A stretch of 64,000 nucleotides of DNA from Catajapyx aquilonaris (taxonomy: Eukaryota), in assembly GCA_000934665.2 (NCBI GenBank), contig KZ538002.1:1-64000 (forward strand), read 5' to 3'. The position numbers and the translations under genes were made by a program. The notes beneath the pieces were generated by a model. The model had not been told where the DNA came from. It saw nothing but the letters and a program-made list of their open reading frames with translations, and did no database searches. This document shows positions 39,201 to 53,000 of the stretch, one piece after another. The number at the start of each line of letters is the position of its first letter. The first letter of the stretch is position 1.

Positions 39201-42200
39201 CTAATGACGTCACACTGACATACGGTACCATATATGTTAGCATTCAAGTGATAACTGCAACTGGTAGCGTATCTCTTTAGAGAGATTATTACCTGAATCG
39301 AATTGTGCGTTTTTAAATACCTAGAGGTGAAGAAATGGAAGTTGCTGAAGCATCAGAGCAGAACCGGTACGTACTGTACAAGTATATGGCGTACACGAAA
39401 GGCCTTAACACCTCGGAGGCGATAAAGCCGGTGTCCGCTTGCATCTAGCGAGGCCCAAAATAAATTTCCTGTCTGTTTGATTTGCGTACGAGATAAGGAA
39501 CTTCCTTTTCAAATGCACGCAAACAGATGCACTAACTTGCAATGTATGAAGTGGCACTTGGTTCACTTGCCGAGAGCATTGCTCCTTGCGATACCCATGA
39601 ATCCAGCCTATACATGTGCCCTCGTGTATATTGCCCTTTCCTATTGTCCTCTCCAATCTTATTTCCGCCCATCAGCTCCTTTCACTGGTACATCGGCATT
39701 CTTGGAATTCCAGCGGCTATGTGGATGTAGGAAAATTCCGTTCTGATAGCATTCTAGTTGTCCTTTTAAGGTTTTTTTTTCTTCCTTTTTTTTAAAGCAA
39801 GTCAGGTGTGGAACTTTACCAGTGAAAGAGGAGCACCGACCGGAAGGTGATACACCTCATAAATTGACCTTCGTTCAATTGTTGACGCCTGAATAACATA
39901 ACAGGTCTCTTGCAAATCGTCGCTTAAGTATCTGTCGCTGTCGTGCCGCGCGTCAGAGCCTTTATCTGCTGTGTCAAATAATATTTATAAGCTATGATCA
40001 AAAGCACTTGCAGTTGGTGACAGCCCACAAAACCGAGAAGTCGTTGCTTACCAATGAGGCATTGCTGGAAGTGTCTTCAGCAATAACTAAGAGAAGATGT
40101 AGGACACGTTGTAAATATTGTGCGGCACTGCAACAGGAATCCAACTCGAAGGACATTCTCTGGAATCCAACTTGACGAAAGTGAACGACATTTTCCGGTC
40201 CAAAAAGTAAATAAATAAATTTTCTCTCAAGGCAACCGGTCTCGGAGGAATGACGCACGTTTTAACAGCTGTGTAATAAGCCCGTGGCCTATATTGATGT
40301 ACTTTACATGAGTTTGAATATTGCACACTTTTTTTTTGTCTACGTTTACGCATACCGGTCCATATCATCTCCTAATGCTATTAGAGGTGTAAAGAAATCG
40401 TTATGCCATGCAAGTCATGGTTATGCATGAATCACATGGGCCGTCTATTGTTGCTTATTGCCTATTAGCGTCGGCTAATTTGCGTTTCAAGAAGGCTCAT
40501 CCAAAGGTGAGTGTCCATTAGCATGCATTAATAGACCTTCACCTGACCTCAGATGCACATTGAAATTTTGTGGGTCACGTTTGGCATTCGCTGAGCAGGT
40601 ACAACATTACATCAGAGCCTGACACTTACGAGTATTTACCTGCCCGCGATAGGTTTATTTAGCGTGGCACGCGGGCACGGGCACGATGAATCACAATACG
40701 AGGAAGTGATAAGTTAATGCGATTGCAAGAAGGGAGCTCGCATGTGCAACAGCTCGTCTACACGGGTGGAAAACTGTGAAGTTCCCACAACACATGGATG
40801 CCATTTCTGCAAAATTCATAGTGGATTTTAAAAAACAACAGAGGAGCCGATGCCAGACCTTCTGCATTATGAATTTTGTATGAAAAAAGAAAGCGAAAGT
40901 GATTCTTACAAAACGTGCCAAGATGTGACAAAAGCCCCGTCGGCCATTTTTATTATGTGACATCAAACGCCTTTGACCAATAGGCGGTATCCCACCTGAA
41001 GTTCAAGGTCACCCATAATAACCCATACTTCCCTTGCATCGTGATTTTGTCAACGGCCAAGGATGCCCATAGTATGCTAAACGACTAGTTTTCTTAAGCA
41101 CACGTCACAAGTGTTTGATAACTCAGCCTATAGGGCATGTTTTCCAAGGCTTTTATAGACACGTTTGATATTGCGCAGCCGTACCTGTCTGAATAATACA
41201 AAGAGGAGAGTTCATGGTTTCTTCTAGACTTGCTCATGATATCCTAACAATATATTAGATTTTTTTTTTAAGTCGCCCGCTCACAAATCGTATCTGCCAG
41301 TGACATGTACACATACCGACATACGCACTGTTGTGTCACCTGCTCCTGAAATATACGACTCCGTTATCATCGCTTGAGTTATAGGGCGTAATACCAGGGG
41401 TTGCGAGTGTTATGATTTAATTCGAGCGGATTTAAAGAGAGGGCTTTACGTCGCTCTTTGCGTCCTGCACCATTTGCCAGGTCGGAAAATCTTCATGTTG
41501 GCGGTTGTTTTGTAAACAAATGATGTGTTTCGCGGACTCTAAATTTAACTCTCAACTTCTCAAGTCTTTTGTTCAAATACCTCGCTGAAGTACCACTGTC
41601 ACGGTGGCTGTGCAGCAAAACAAGGAGCTGCAAAAGTAAATTGTCCAAAGGCCACGTGACGTCAAGATTTGTAAAAAAAGAGAAAAAATCGTGGTCATTG
41701 CGTAATCTGCAAGTATTTTTGATATAAACGACAGAACACGACTCAAATATTGGCCGGATTAATTGCGAGGTGCACGTCTGTTGCAATAAAGGAATTATGT
41801 AGTCTACATGTCTGTAAGTTCAGTTTGTAATTAATTCATATGCAGATGTACATTAATTGTCCCGCTGTTGTCCACGCGAATATGCCATTACTTCCGCTAT
41901 TGATAAACCCTTTCGTATTAATTCTTCCTGCACTGAGTCATAGGTGGGCACTCCTGCAAATTCCAATTTTTCGCGGGAAGAGAAAAAAATATTTCAATAC
42001 GTTGTGCACATATAGCACATACTTGTAACGTGATTTATGGACCATTATCCTTCAGCAAAGTGCTATTAATGCGGACAATTACGTTCTTGACTATTTCCAC
42101 AGGGACACAAAACTGATAGTAAAGTCGTAAAATTAGTCCCTTTTATTGTCCTTCAAGACTTCGTAATCAAGTATCATATTACGCACTGATAATGGCAATT

Positions 42201-44971
42201 ACACTGACACTTCAGCTAATTACTGTTTAAGCATTTTCTACAGAATTCATCAGAATGCAGTAACACATAAGAAAGTACCGTGCATTACACATGTCAAATA
42301 TTACATTTATGATCTGATATGATACCTTTGCTCTTTTATCGCAATTAGATTTTTAGCAAAACAACTATGTTTATCTCGCTTACAGCTTTCAATTTAAGTT
42401 GAAATTGGAACTCTTTATCAATATCAGACATTTAAAAAAAACAGGTATGCACCGGCTGTGAGATATGGAAGATTTTATATGACCCTTACCTTGCTCTCGG
42501 GCGATGTGGTTTTGATGGCAGTTTGGAAGAAGACCCATAAAAAAAAACCGTTGGCGAGAGAAAAAAGAGAGGTTGATACGTGGCTGAAGTTGCCCTTTGA
42601 GGTGCCCTCTTCCAGACCCCCACTAAAAAGTAGAAGAAACACACCTCCTGGTAGCTGGGCCTCCAATCTAACACTGCCCCTCTACAACTCCCTATCCCCA
42701 TGTACTACTCTCACTTGCGCCCTCTGCAAAAAGGGGGCTTGCGATAGGCCAAACCCCCACCCCCTGCCATGCTACATGGTGCTTTGGTGGTGTATAACAG
42801 AAGGCTGCAGTAGTTGCGTACAGTACATGGTGTGGTCACTGGTGCGCTGGAAATGGCCCTTTATTTTTGCACACTTGCCCCACATGTGCATTGGGGCTCA
42901 GGTTTTTTTCTTCTTCTTTTTTTTAGCGGATTGCTGCCAAACACTTAAAACTGGGAAAAGGGAAGACTTCCTTGCTCCTTTTGTTTCTGGATGCCTCTTT
43001 CAGGAAGCGTATCTTTTCTGGCAGGCTTGACTATCAACACTTCTAATGCCACAGAAATGTTGCATAAGTTTACAGCAATTATGACATTTTAATGGAACTT
43101 TAATCCTACTTTTATACATTATGAATATAATATTTTTATTGCTGTAGACTGGTGCCTAATCCATTGTACGTACTACTGCGGCACATACACTTATCTCTAA
43201 TTTTATCTCATGACTGACTAACCTCTCCCTTTAATTGCACTAATGACTCTTTATTAAGTTCTATAAGTGAAGTGTAAGCCGACTTGTTCAAGACTCATGA
43301 AGTGGGCAGTTTGAAGATTTTTTTTACAATAAATAAATATGTGTTTGGTGCTCTGGTTATTGCGATACTTTTTATAATGGTTACATGGCCTTTCAAATAT
43401 TGTTTTCATTTATGACCAACAAAATTGCTCATTATTTGGCTATGTGCACACGTTGGAGCAGGGCTAACGTCCTCACAAGTACTGTACAACAATCCCGACA
43501 GGTATATATGAGTGGCCCTGATTGCTTCTTCCAACAGGTCTCTCTTATCTATAAATTAGTTGCTGGGGTCAACAATTATAGATAACTTTTTCCCTTAGTA
43601 CCTACCTCTTCTTGAACTGGGGACTGGAGTAGTGCACCACAATGTATAGTACGTATTTTAGCGCCTTCTGTTGACTGAAGGTACTAATTTTACCAATAGT
43701 AGGCTACCTAAAAATAACGCAGGACCAGTGCAGAACTAATAAAAATTTTCTGCCTAAGCAAACACATTTTTGTAGCACTTACAAATGTGGTTCAATATTG
43801 CTTGAGTTACATCTTTTGTGCGAAAAGGAATGTGCAATGAAATCGACTATAGGGTGGCTATAGTACAGTATTAACTTGTTGACTTGTTCCATTTGAATGG
43901 TCCCTGTACAAAAAATATTGTGCAGATATTGACTTCATTAAATGTCGTTTTTAAACAAAATCATGCACGTAGAAAACTGGGCTTCATCTACCATTGCTGC
44001 AAAAATTATCATTAAAATTTCTGCACATGGCACTTATCCCTGTAGTCATTTGGAATTAGAAAATTCCATATTTGAAATATTTTCACGCCCTAAACTTTAG
44101 TTGCTTGTCACTCTTTTGCAATGCTGGATTTAACTTTTTCATTTTATACTATTATGCACTTATTTCTCCAAAATTGTTGATGTCCTGAACAAACTAATCG
44201 TCCTACAGAATCTCTACCTTATTTTCTATCATTATTAATTTTCGTCATTTCCCTTCTGATATTTGACACAATTTTTTGCCAGTCGGTTCTCAGCACATTG
44301 AACAATGATGCTTAGAAGTAAACAAAATGAGCAGCCCTTACAATGATAAAAATGCTGTTATTCTGCCAAGGTTTAGCGTCACACTGGCCAATGCCTTGCT
44401 TAACACGCTAAATATTTTGCAAAATGTTATTGTTTTGCAACATGCCATACTACTTTACGTCATTTTGTATCAGTGACGAGCAGTGATCCGCACGATTTGC
44501 AAAGTATTCCAAGATTCTCCTATTTCCAAGAATTGCGTGAATAATATATTTAATTATTTATATTTGTTAATATATTTCAGACCTTACACTACATCTTATG
44601 CTAGGGTATAGCCAATAGCCATATCAGCAGTACAGGGTGACAATCCGAAGAGGGGGGACGGGGACGAGTTGATGAATTACCAACCTCTGGCGAAGAGTGA
44701 CTAATCTATCTTATTCCCTATATTGGTTCCCATCTGGTTCCCATATTGGTAGAAGGTTATACTAACATGGTGATTTTAAAAAAGAGCATGCTGCTCTGCT
44801 CACAGGGATTAGATATCTGGGCACATATCGCTAGTAGCAATTTTGTAAGCACTATTTTTCTCTTGACAAGCTTATTTTCGCAACTGGGGCTTAGGGCATT
44901 GCACAGTAATTTGGTTCTGATTATGCACACTAATTCTGTCAAGTTCCCTGTCAATTTATGTGTCGCTATAG

Positions 44972-45259
44972 CAGCGGTTCTCAAACTGTGTTCCGCGGAA
45001 CCCTAGGGTTCCGTGACACCAGGTAGGGGTTCCGCAAAAGATTTGGAAAATATAAAAAATAAAATTTTGTGCTTAAAAAACAATTGCATCATTGCCTTGA
45101 AAAAAAATAATTTAACGTAACCTTGCCCTACCATTTAACAACAATACTACTTATAGGTATTCCTAGCATAAATTATGAGTTAAGATAAGTGTTCAGGGTT
45201 CCGCGAAAGAATTATGAAGTAAATAGGGTTCCGCGGCCCAAAAAGTTTGAGAACCGCTG
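44972..45259. mobile_element. hAT MITE (young)
   Basis: TIR CAGCGGTTCTCAAACT / AGTTTGAGAACCGCTG; perfect 8-bp TSD CGCTATAG at 44964-44971 and 45260-45267; subterminal GGGTTCCGCG repeats. Confidence 0.9.
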
Positions 45260-46693
45260 CGCTATAGTACTGTCCAGTTTTACGTACTGAGGAATTCGAA
45301 TAATGCCGTAAGATATAGGTAATTATGAGACAAAGCACATTCCTGGCAAGTGTTCCCGAATGCTTTGAATGTATCTGGAATATTATCCGATAATATTATC
45401 TGACCACTAACTGCGATAGTGCATACGGATATGAGGAATCATTGCATAAAATTGAAGGCTATTTATCCTTGTAATAAGTCTGCCTAAAAGCTGTACATAA
45501 TAAGTGATTGGCAACCTGGTTGATAAGCTTTTCAGACCATTTGTTACACCACTGATAACTGGTTAAACCGGTATGAGTGGTACTATATTAGTAGATATGA
45601 TAGGGCCACTTGACTTTCGTCCCGGTACTGTATATATAGGCTTTCTCAGTATCTCACGTGTTCGGTGATCCTTCCCGTCTTCCTTTCTGTCCCATAACTA
45701 TACGGAACAGTTAGTAATGATGACTAAAGACCTTAGATCGGATTTTTAAAAAAGCACACCAGCTTCTTCCAGTTTAGGTGACGTAGATGTTGGATGGATA
45801 AGAGAGAGAGTGTGTGTGTGTGTGAGTGAGTGAGTGAAGAACTTGCTCACTTGGAATTAACCCCAATTGAGCCCGGTTGTGGGAAAACACTTCCAGGATG
45901 GGGTCGAGACACTTGCCCAAATTGAATGACTTGTACCAGACCGATTTCTGATGACATCACTTTTGCACCGGGTTTTCGGTCTGTTTGGCCTATTTTGTTA
46001 CTTGCATTTTCAGTCATTTACTTGAGGATTATAAAAACTAGGTTATCACCAAAAATAAAAAGGTGCTACTAGAGTAGAAGATAACAGTCATAAAAAGTAA
46101 CCTGTAGTTTCTTCCTGTACGTTTCTCCTGAAAATCACAAATATTTATGTTATTTTTGACTGATGACAAGCGCCGGCATCAGTAAAATATTTATTAAGAT
46201 AGATGTCATCTATCACATATTCGTTTGAGATAATTTAAGGCTTTAAGTCAGCTCCCACCTGTGAATGCTAATGATGAGTTTCCGAGTAGTGTCTCTTGCG
46301 TCAAATTCATTTGTGAGGCTCTTACCGCCATAAGTTATAGTGCTTGGGTGTTTTCGTAGGGGATGGCATCAAGGTAAGGCGGTGGGTGAGAGCTGACTTG
46401 TACTGAAAGTCTGAGACGTCTATAGCTTGTTTGATCATAAAGCCAATGGGCTTCCTTACCTTTGATGAATTGACATGAAGTAGTGAGTGTATACTGTGAA
46501 CTATTCTGTAGGCCTACTGCAGGCCTACACTATAGCTGCGACACTGTCGTTGGAGGATTTCTCTCGTCCGTAGTGGAATGGTGTTGATTTGATATAAGAT
46601 AATAACAAAAAGTACAAATCATAATGAGTAGGCCCACACCGTACTAGGTAACAATATTCATCAACAGACTGGACATCACCTTAGTTCTGACTC

Positions 46694-47010
46694 GGGAGGC
46701 AGAGTGGCGCTGCCGGTAACGTATGCGCCTACGGGTTCGATCAGGGTTCGATCCCAAGCCCGGGAATTCCCCCCTTTCGTCTAGTGTGGAGTTTGAGATC
46801 GTCTCCGGCTTCGACTTGGGTGGGATTTCCGCTAGACTATAACCACTCGGGGGAGCTCACAAAATGACCTTCACAAACGACAATGCACTGCACACCTCAC
46901 ATCCCCTCCATGTCACCTCGCCCCTGGACCAGGGCATCAAACGTTGGAACATGGTTCGACGTTAATAAAATCCCATTCCCCCCTAAGAGGGCCCAACCCT
47001 ATCACTGGGT
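46694..47010 (+). mobile_element. tRNA-derived SINE, family B
   Basis: Head gggaggcagagtggcgctgccggtaacgtatgcg...gggttcgatccc; body homologous to 1772-2206 and 60957-61315. Confidence 0.7.
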
Positions 47011-47596
47011 AACCACAATAGCATATGAGGGATTCCACGTCAAGCGGGACACTTTCCGACAAATCTTTGAGGACCTTGACCAAAATTTAATAACATGTAC
47101 TACTCATCGACCTATGCAGGAACCCAAATTATTATACCTCTGCGTTGCGTGGTTGCGTAACCACAGGGTGTCAAATGTGCCCATTTTCGAGCATTTTTGC
47201 TACGTTCGCGGTCACTTTGACGGCCATATCTCCTAGAAGGTCAGGTCAAATATAACATTGATCTCACCTAAGTTTGTTTCGATATGAACTCCATTTGTTG
47301 CTCGAAAAATGTAAATGCTGTAATCGGTGTCGTGCCTAACTCAATCAGACATGTCTGAAGCCACCATTGTGATCCTATCCCATATAGGTGCTGGAGATGA
47401 CGGAGCTTTTCTTCACCATACATGTATCGCCACAAAAAAAAAGTCCACTGGGGTAAGATCTGTGCTTATGGGGGGAAACTTCTAATTCAAGACTTTGCAC
47501 ACTGGAGTGCTGAACAAATGAAACTTTCCTACGGCAGGATTATTTCATGGACGAGGCGACTTTTTATGTGCATCATTAAGAACAATGTGTGTGGTG

Positions 47597-47847
47597 GGGC
47601 GACACGTTGGCGGAGTGGTTAGCGCCGCAGCCTTCCACCTCGATCCCGAGTTCGATCCCCGGATCGGACGGAGGATACTTATGGGGATAGAGTTTCGATG
47701 TGTTCTCTCCGTGTTCGCGTGGGTTTTCTCGGGGTTCTCCCGTTTCCTCCCACTATCAAAATCCGTCACAGCAAAGGCAATGATTAAAGTCGGTTAATTA
47801 AAAAGGTGATCCCCTAAAAAGTCCAAGGAGGCTTATCACGGGGTATC

Positions 47848-47878
<31 letters not shown>
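47597..47878 (+). mobile_element. tRNA-derived SINE, family A
   Basis: A/B boxes, (ATT)n tail, TSD AACAATGTGTGTGGTG. Confidence 0.88.
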
Positions 47879-47881
<3 letters not shown>

Positions 47882-49503
47882 AATGTGTGTGGTGTAAAGA
47901 CCCGTCGCCTCCAGTGCATACGATATAGGATCACAACGGTAACTCCAGATATGATTGAGAGGGTTTGGGTCGAGACCGAATATTGTCTTTTTTATTTCTC
48001 GAGCGACATTTGAAGCTCATACCGAAACAAACTAAGGTGAGACCAAAACCTTAGACATTCCTTATATTTCAAAAGTTAAATCATTGAGATAATATGTCTA
48101 CAAAGTTTTCGAGTTATAGGGTTTCAAAAATATATGGACATTCTTTTTCGATGACCCTCTATTAGCAACACAAGTGACTATGACAAACCACAAGGCCGTG
48201 GGTTTTGATTGGTTCATTACACCTAGCGAAATAACTTCTTAAAACATAACATGCTAGTATTTTGAAAAACTGTAATGAACTGTAATGGCAGCCCAGTCCT
48301 GCACCTGATTTACTCTGAGAATGGCCAGCTATATATCCTATTTGCATAGAGCAAGTGTCGCCTGTCTCATTACCTTCGAGTTGGGTTTTATGGTTAACGA
48401 CCCCACTTGTTATTTTATTTCCTGGTTCTTGTAATGTGCAACGGGGTAGCTATTATTTAATTATTGCCAATTGAAGAAGCCCTCGGACGACGGTCAACGC
48501 AAACTAACCAGTTGAGCGAAGTGGTAAACAACTGGTCGTGACGGCATTGATAGCAGTCGCTTCTGCATAGTTAATGAAGTGACAATAAGTTGGCGGGGGA
48601 CGTAACTGCGTCACCAAGTGGGATGATGCTACGTGGCCTTCCCTTAAACTTTAAACCCTACATTAACGTGCTCCATGGCTGAGATATGATGTTATTAAAT
48701 CCTCCATTGCAGCACATCATGGTCTTTACTTACTTATGCACTTTGCAACAACCTCGCTTCATATGATTATGCGTTTACCAGGGTCTTTCAGTAAAGTTAT
48801 GTTAATCAATCCGAAACTACGTGCGGAGATACTGTAATAAAAGGGCAAAAGTCAGACATAAAAAGCCACACGTATGGTAACAATCATGTGGGCTGGGCTT
48901 AAAAATAATCACTTAAATGTCATTAAGTATCCTACAGTGAAATCTGTCTACAGAAGAATCAATCCTTTCTACAAAAAATTCCTGAACTAGTTCTAGTTAC
49001 TGTTATAGATGTTAGTGTAGAACGTCGTCGATATCTTTCGTGAAGTTGGATATCAGAGAATTTCCTTCGAGTTGGATTCCTGTAGCAGTGTCGCACAATT
49101 GACACACGTGTACTACATCGTCTTCTCGTCCTTGCATTAGATTTGCTGAAGAAGGTCGTTTCCGGCAATGTCTCCTCAATTGCAAGCAGCGACTTCTCGG
49201 TTGTGTGTGCTGTCGCACAGTGCAAGTGCGTTTGATCGCATTATTAGACTATAGGTACAAATCTAGAGCGGTCTAGAGTGCACAACGAAACATGATGGTC
49301 ATAGTTGACTGTATAATGTAGCCTATATATCTAACCTGAACCGGCTGAAACACCTTACTGGCCGAGTTACAGGCTACATGATAAAAAGTAGCTGATTGGA
49401 AACAAAGCAACAAACTGAATTGCATACACACCGGTACATACTGTAGTTTGAATAATTCTGCCAAAGCAATGCACTAGTTACTAGTATCTAGGCAGAACTA
49501 ATA

Positions 49504-49886
49504 TATCGATATTACTATAAAAATTAATATCGATGTATTGGTATCTATATAAAAAAAAGCCGTTTGGGAGTCTGTCTGTCTTTCCGTCTGTCCGCCTGCC
49601 AACCGTCATCTGCCTACCATCTGTGCTCCACCCCCAGGACGGAAGAGGAGGGGGGAGGTGTTGCGGCTGGCTACTGGCAGGTGTTTTATTCCCTTCATTC
49701 ATTTCTTCCCGGGCAACGCCGGGTGCCGCAGCTAGTGTTATAATAAATAAGCCACCACCCACCAAACAGGTAGGCTAAATAGTTCGTACCCGTGGTTCGT
49801 ACATAATCTCCCTACATTCAGTGGTGCAATCGCGAAGTATATTATTCGTATCAAATCCGAGATTCCGGAATATTAATATATCGATA
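49504..49886. promoter_or_regulatory. DRE motifs (TATCGATA) upstream of Gemin8
   Basis: TATCGATA at 49504-49511 and 49879-49886, near-match TATCGATG at 49528. DRE/DREF sites are typical of insect housekeeping promoters. Confidence 0.45.
49544..49735 (+). mobile_element. Non-autonomous Helitron
   Basis: A|TC 5' end, (CTGT)n-like tract, 3' hairpin CCCGG-gcaacg-CCGGG (49708-49723) and CTAG|T end; no TSD. Confidence 0.8.
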
Positions 49887-50002
49887 CTTTGATGAAAACT
49901 GGCTACTTGCAAACACTAGCCGCTACGCTATAAGCCGCTTCGACCCGTTGATGGAACCATGATGGAGTGGAACTACTCGCCTGCAAGTAAAATCTCTCAA
50001 AG

Positions 50003-53000
50003 ATGCGCAAAAGTTTGCTTAAATTCGTATCATACGATTTTGGCTATACAGACGGTGGCCACGGTGCTAGCGTGCTACAGACGTGCTACCGACGAGCAAC
50101 GGAACAAGGCAGCAAGCAGCCAAGCACAGCGAGGACCGGCGAGGACGTTTGTAGGTTTGCGACTTTGTGTCGTTGTTCGACCAACCAGGGAGCATCCCTG
50201 GACCAACGGTGTGTCCGGCATTAAGTAGATCCAGTAGATCTGTTGACTCATCAGGCTGTCGTGTGCCGCTGTCGTGCCCAACAGGTCGTGCCGATGTAAG
50301 TATACCGTCCTGGCTGTCATGTAACTATGTTCGTTGCACTTCACGTAGTTTTAGTACCGAGGCACCAAGGATAGAATGTGCACGAACAGGGTGATTCTTA
50401 TAGAACCGAACCCTAAAATTTCCTTTTATTTCGTGAATAAATGGACGAAAAGCGATTAAATTTTTATGACATGTACCTCCAATGTTGTTGAGCAAGTGAC
50501 ATCACAGAAAGTGCTGCAAACTCAAAACCCCAGGATTTGGGACACCAACAATCCTCATGGGTCACATGAATAACCACTTCACCAGAGAAAATTAGGAGTT
50601 TGGTGCTCCATATCTGGTGTGATGATCATCAGGTTCTTCCGAGACAGCTTAATGATGTGGGATTGACACAGGATTACTTCCAGCAAGATGTCACGACATG
50701 TCACATGTAACGTGAGTCAATGTCGACAACAAAGATTTTTACAGGACCATTTCCAAAAATATTTTTGCAGGGGTATCTGAAGGAAAGGGTGTACCTGCTG
50801 GTGCCCAACAAGAATTGTCGCAGCGGCAGCGCACGAACTACAGTCTCTCGTGTCCCTGTGTGTTGTAGTTCGTGCACTGCCGCTGCGACAATTCTTGTTG
50901 GACTGATAGTACAGGACCAAGCCCCATATGATTCAAGCCTTACAGAAAAACATTACTAATGATATCCACAACATTGTTGCAGCAACATTGAGATGCGCTC
51001 TAGACAAAATGCACTGGCGCATGGACATGTACTTCACATAACGTGGCAGTCACTTCCAGCACTTGCTGTAATGTCATTTGCTCAACATCGTTGGAGGTAC
51101 ATGCCATGAAAATGTCGTTGATTTTTGTCCATAGGTTTACAAGATATAACACAATTTGAGGGTTCGGGTCTATAAGAATCACCCTGTATTGTTGCTCCTT
51201 GAAATGTGCTTGAAACGAAACAGAGCAGGCAATATGGCGCCGGGATGACAAGTTGAGAAACTTGCTGGCCACTCTTGCTCTCCCATGCAATTTTTGTCTG
51301 GATGACTTATTACACCAACTTGCTTGGTGACTGGTGTCGCTGCATGGAAACACCCCTGCAGTAAGGGACTAATACTATAACACAGGTGCTCAATCGACCC
51401 TGATAGTTGACATAATTATGTAGCCTTTGCCACTATACCATGAATCATTGTTCCTTGCTAGTCCTCACAGTTTCTAACGGTCTTTTCTTATTCCAGGAGT
51501 GAAAAACCGGACGTGGCGAAGAGCGCCACATCAGGGGAAGAGTGGTATAAACATGAGAAGTTTGATAGGTACTGGAGTCATTATTCACAAGTCATGGACT
51601 GGTACCAGAAGCATGAAGTGGCTTCGTGGAGGGCCAGGGCTGTTGCCCTGGAACATGAAAACCAGGCCCTGCGTCAGTACATAGCCAACTTGGAGATGCA
51701 GGTGAGATAATCTGCAGGAAGTGCTTGTGTTTTCTTGGAAGGAGGAAAGGCCAGGGCTTCCAGAATGATGGTATCAGGATTTCTGAAATTGCCATTTAGG
51801 TCCGGTTCACACATGGCCACTTTTAGTCACAGCAACTGGCCACAGCAACTGACCACTTTAGGAAATACACAGGATTGATTGAGAGCGTTCACATGTGGCC
51901 ACTAACCACTCTCTCATTCAATCCTGTGTAAATCCAAAAGTGGTCAGTTGCATGCCAATTTCTGTGACTGAAAGTGGCCACGTGTGAACCAGGCCTTAGG
52001 TGTGAATGCATGATTACTGGTAAATGAAAAGCAACATGTTCTCCATTGTCAATAATGAATATACATCTGGGCCTGAAATGATTCTCACCTGAGGGATTTA
52101 CCTGCAGGCATCCCTGGGCCAGTTGTTTCATTCGTTCCTGTCCTAGACTTAAGGGTCCACCTGTTGGTAAGGGCCACACCATCTGTGTGACTTTTGGTCC
52201 TTGGTGTTACCCTTAAAAAAATTCTGCAGATTGGTCTTAGGTTTAAGATGCGTTTACATGTGAGCAATTTTACGAGCGGTCTTCGCCGAGCGGTAACATC
52301 GCTGAGTAACCCAAGTAACCAGTATTGTTTGAGGCCAGTTGATTGTTATTTTCACCTCAAACAATATTGGTTACTTTGCTTGTCAAATCGCTTACAAGTA
52401 AACGCTGCTTTAGTCTGTGTTAGGTTTGACAAATAGTAAACCAGAACTTGGCTCATTCAGGCGAGAAAAATGATGCCTGCTCAGCCTGAGACACATTCGA
52501 ATAAATGGGCTGCTTATCAACAAGTGCAAAATCAAGCGAGAGTTTATGATGGGTGCTTGCCAAAGTACAGTACCGGGCATAATAGCATATCTTAAATGTA
52601 AACAACGGCTTAGGCGTTACCTGGCAACCGGGCGTGTTTGGACATCGGCATATGGAGAGTGCTTAGCGTTCTTTCTATTGTTGTCACTGTTTACAGTAGA
52701 GATTGATGCTGGGCGACCAAGTGATGGGTCTGCAGGCTTACTAATGCATGGCATCGGAATAACCGGGCTGAGGGGATATTATTTTGAGAAGGCTCTTTGT
52801 TATTATCACACTATCGTCACTTATTCCCACAATGATGGAGTTACGGAATGGCCGGAAAGATGAGAGGGATGTTCTAGTAGTTGGTTGTTATGTCTGGTGG
52901 TTACTACAGTTATGCGGTACTACTGTATATTGATGTTGATCGTGACTGGGAAATAAATCAGTTATTCTCAAGCGGTTCTGATAGTCAGACCTGAATCTCA

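Noticed and set aside
42458..43030. 190-aa ORF
   Set aside because: GTG start, runs through low-complexity repeat-like DNA, no recognisable domain.
46135..50260. CTGATGA motifs checked as hammerhead ribozyme cores (46160 on +, ~50248 on -)
   Set aside because: No stem II followed by GAAA could be built.
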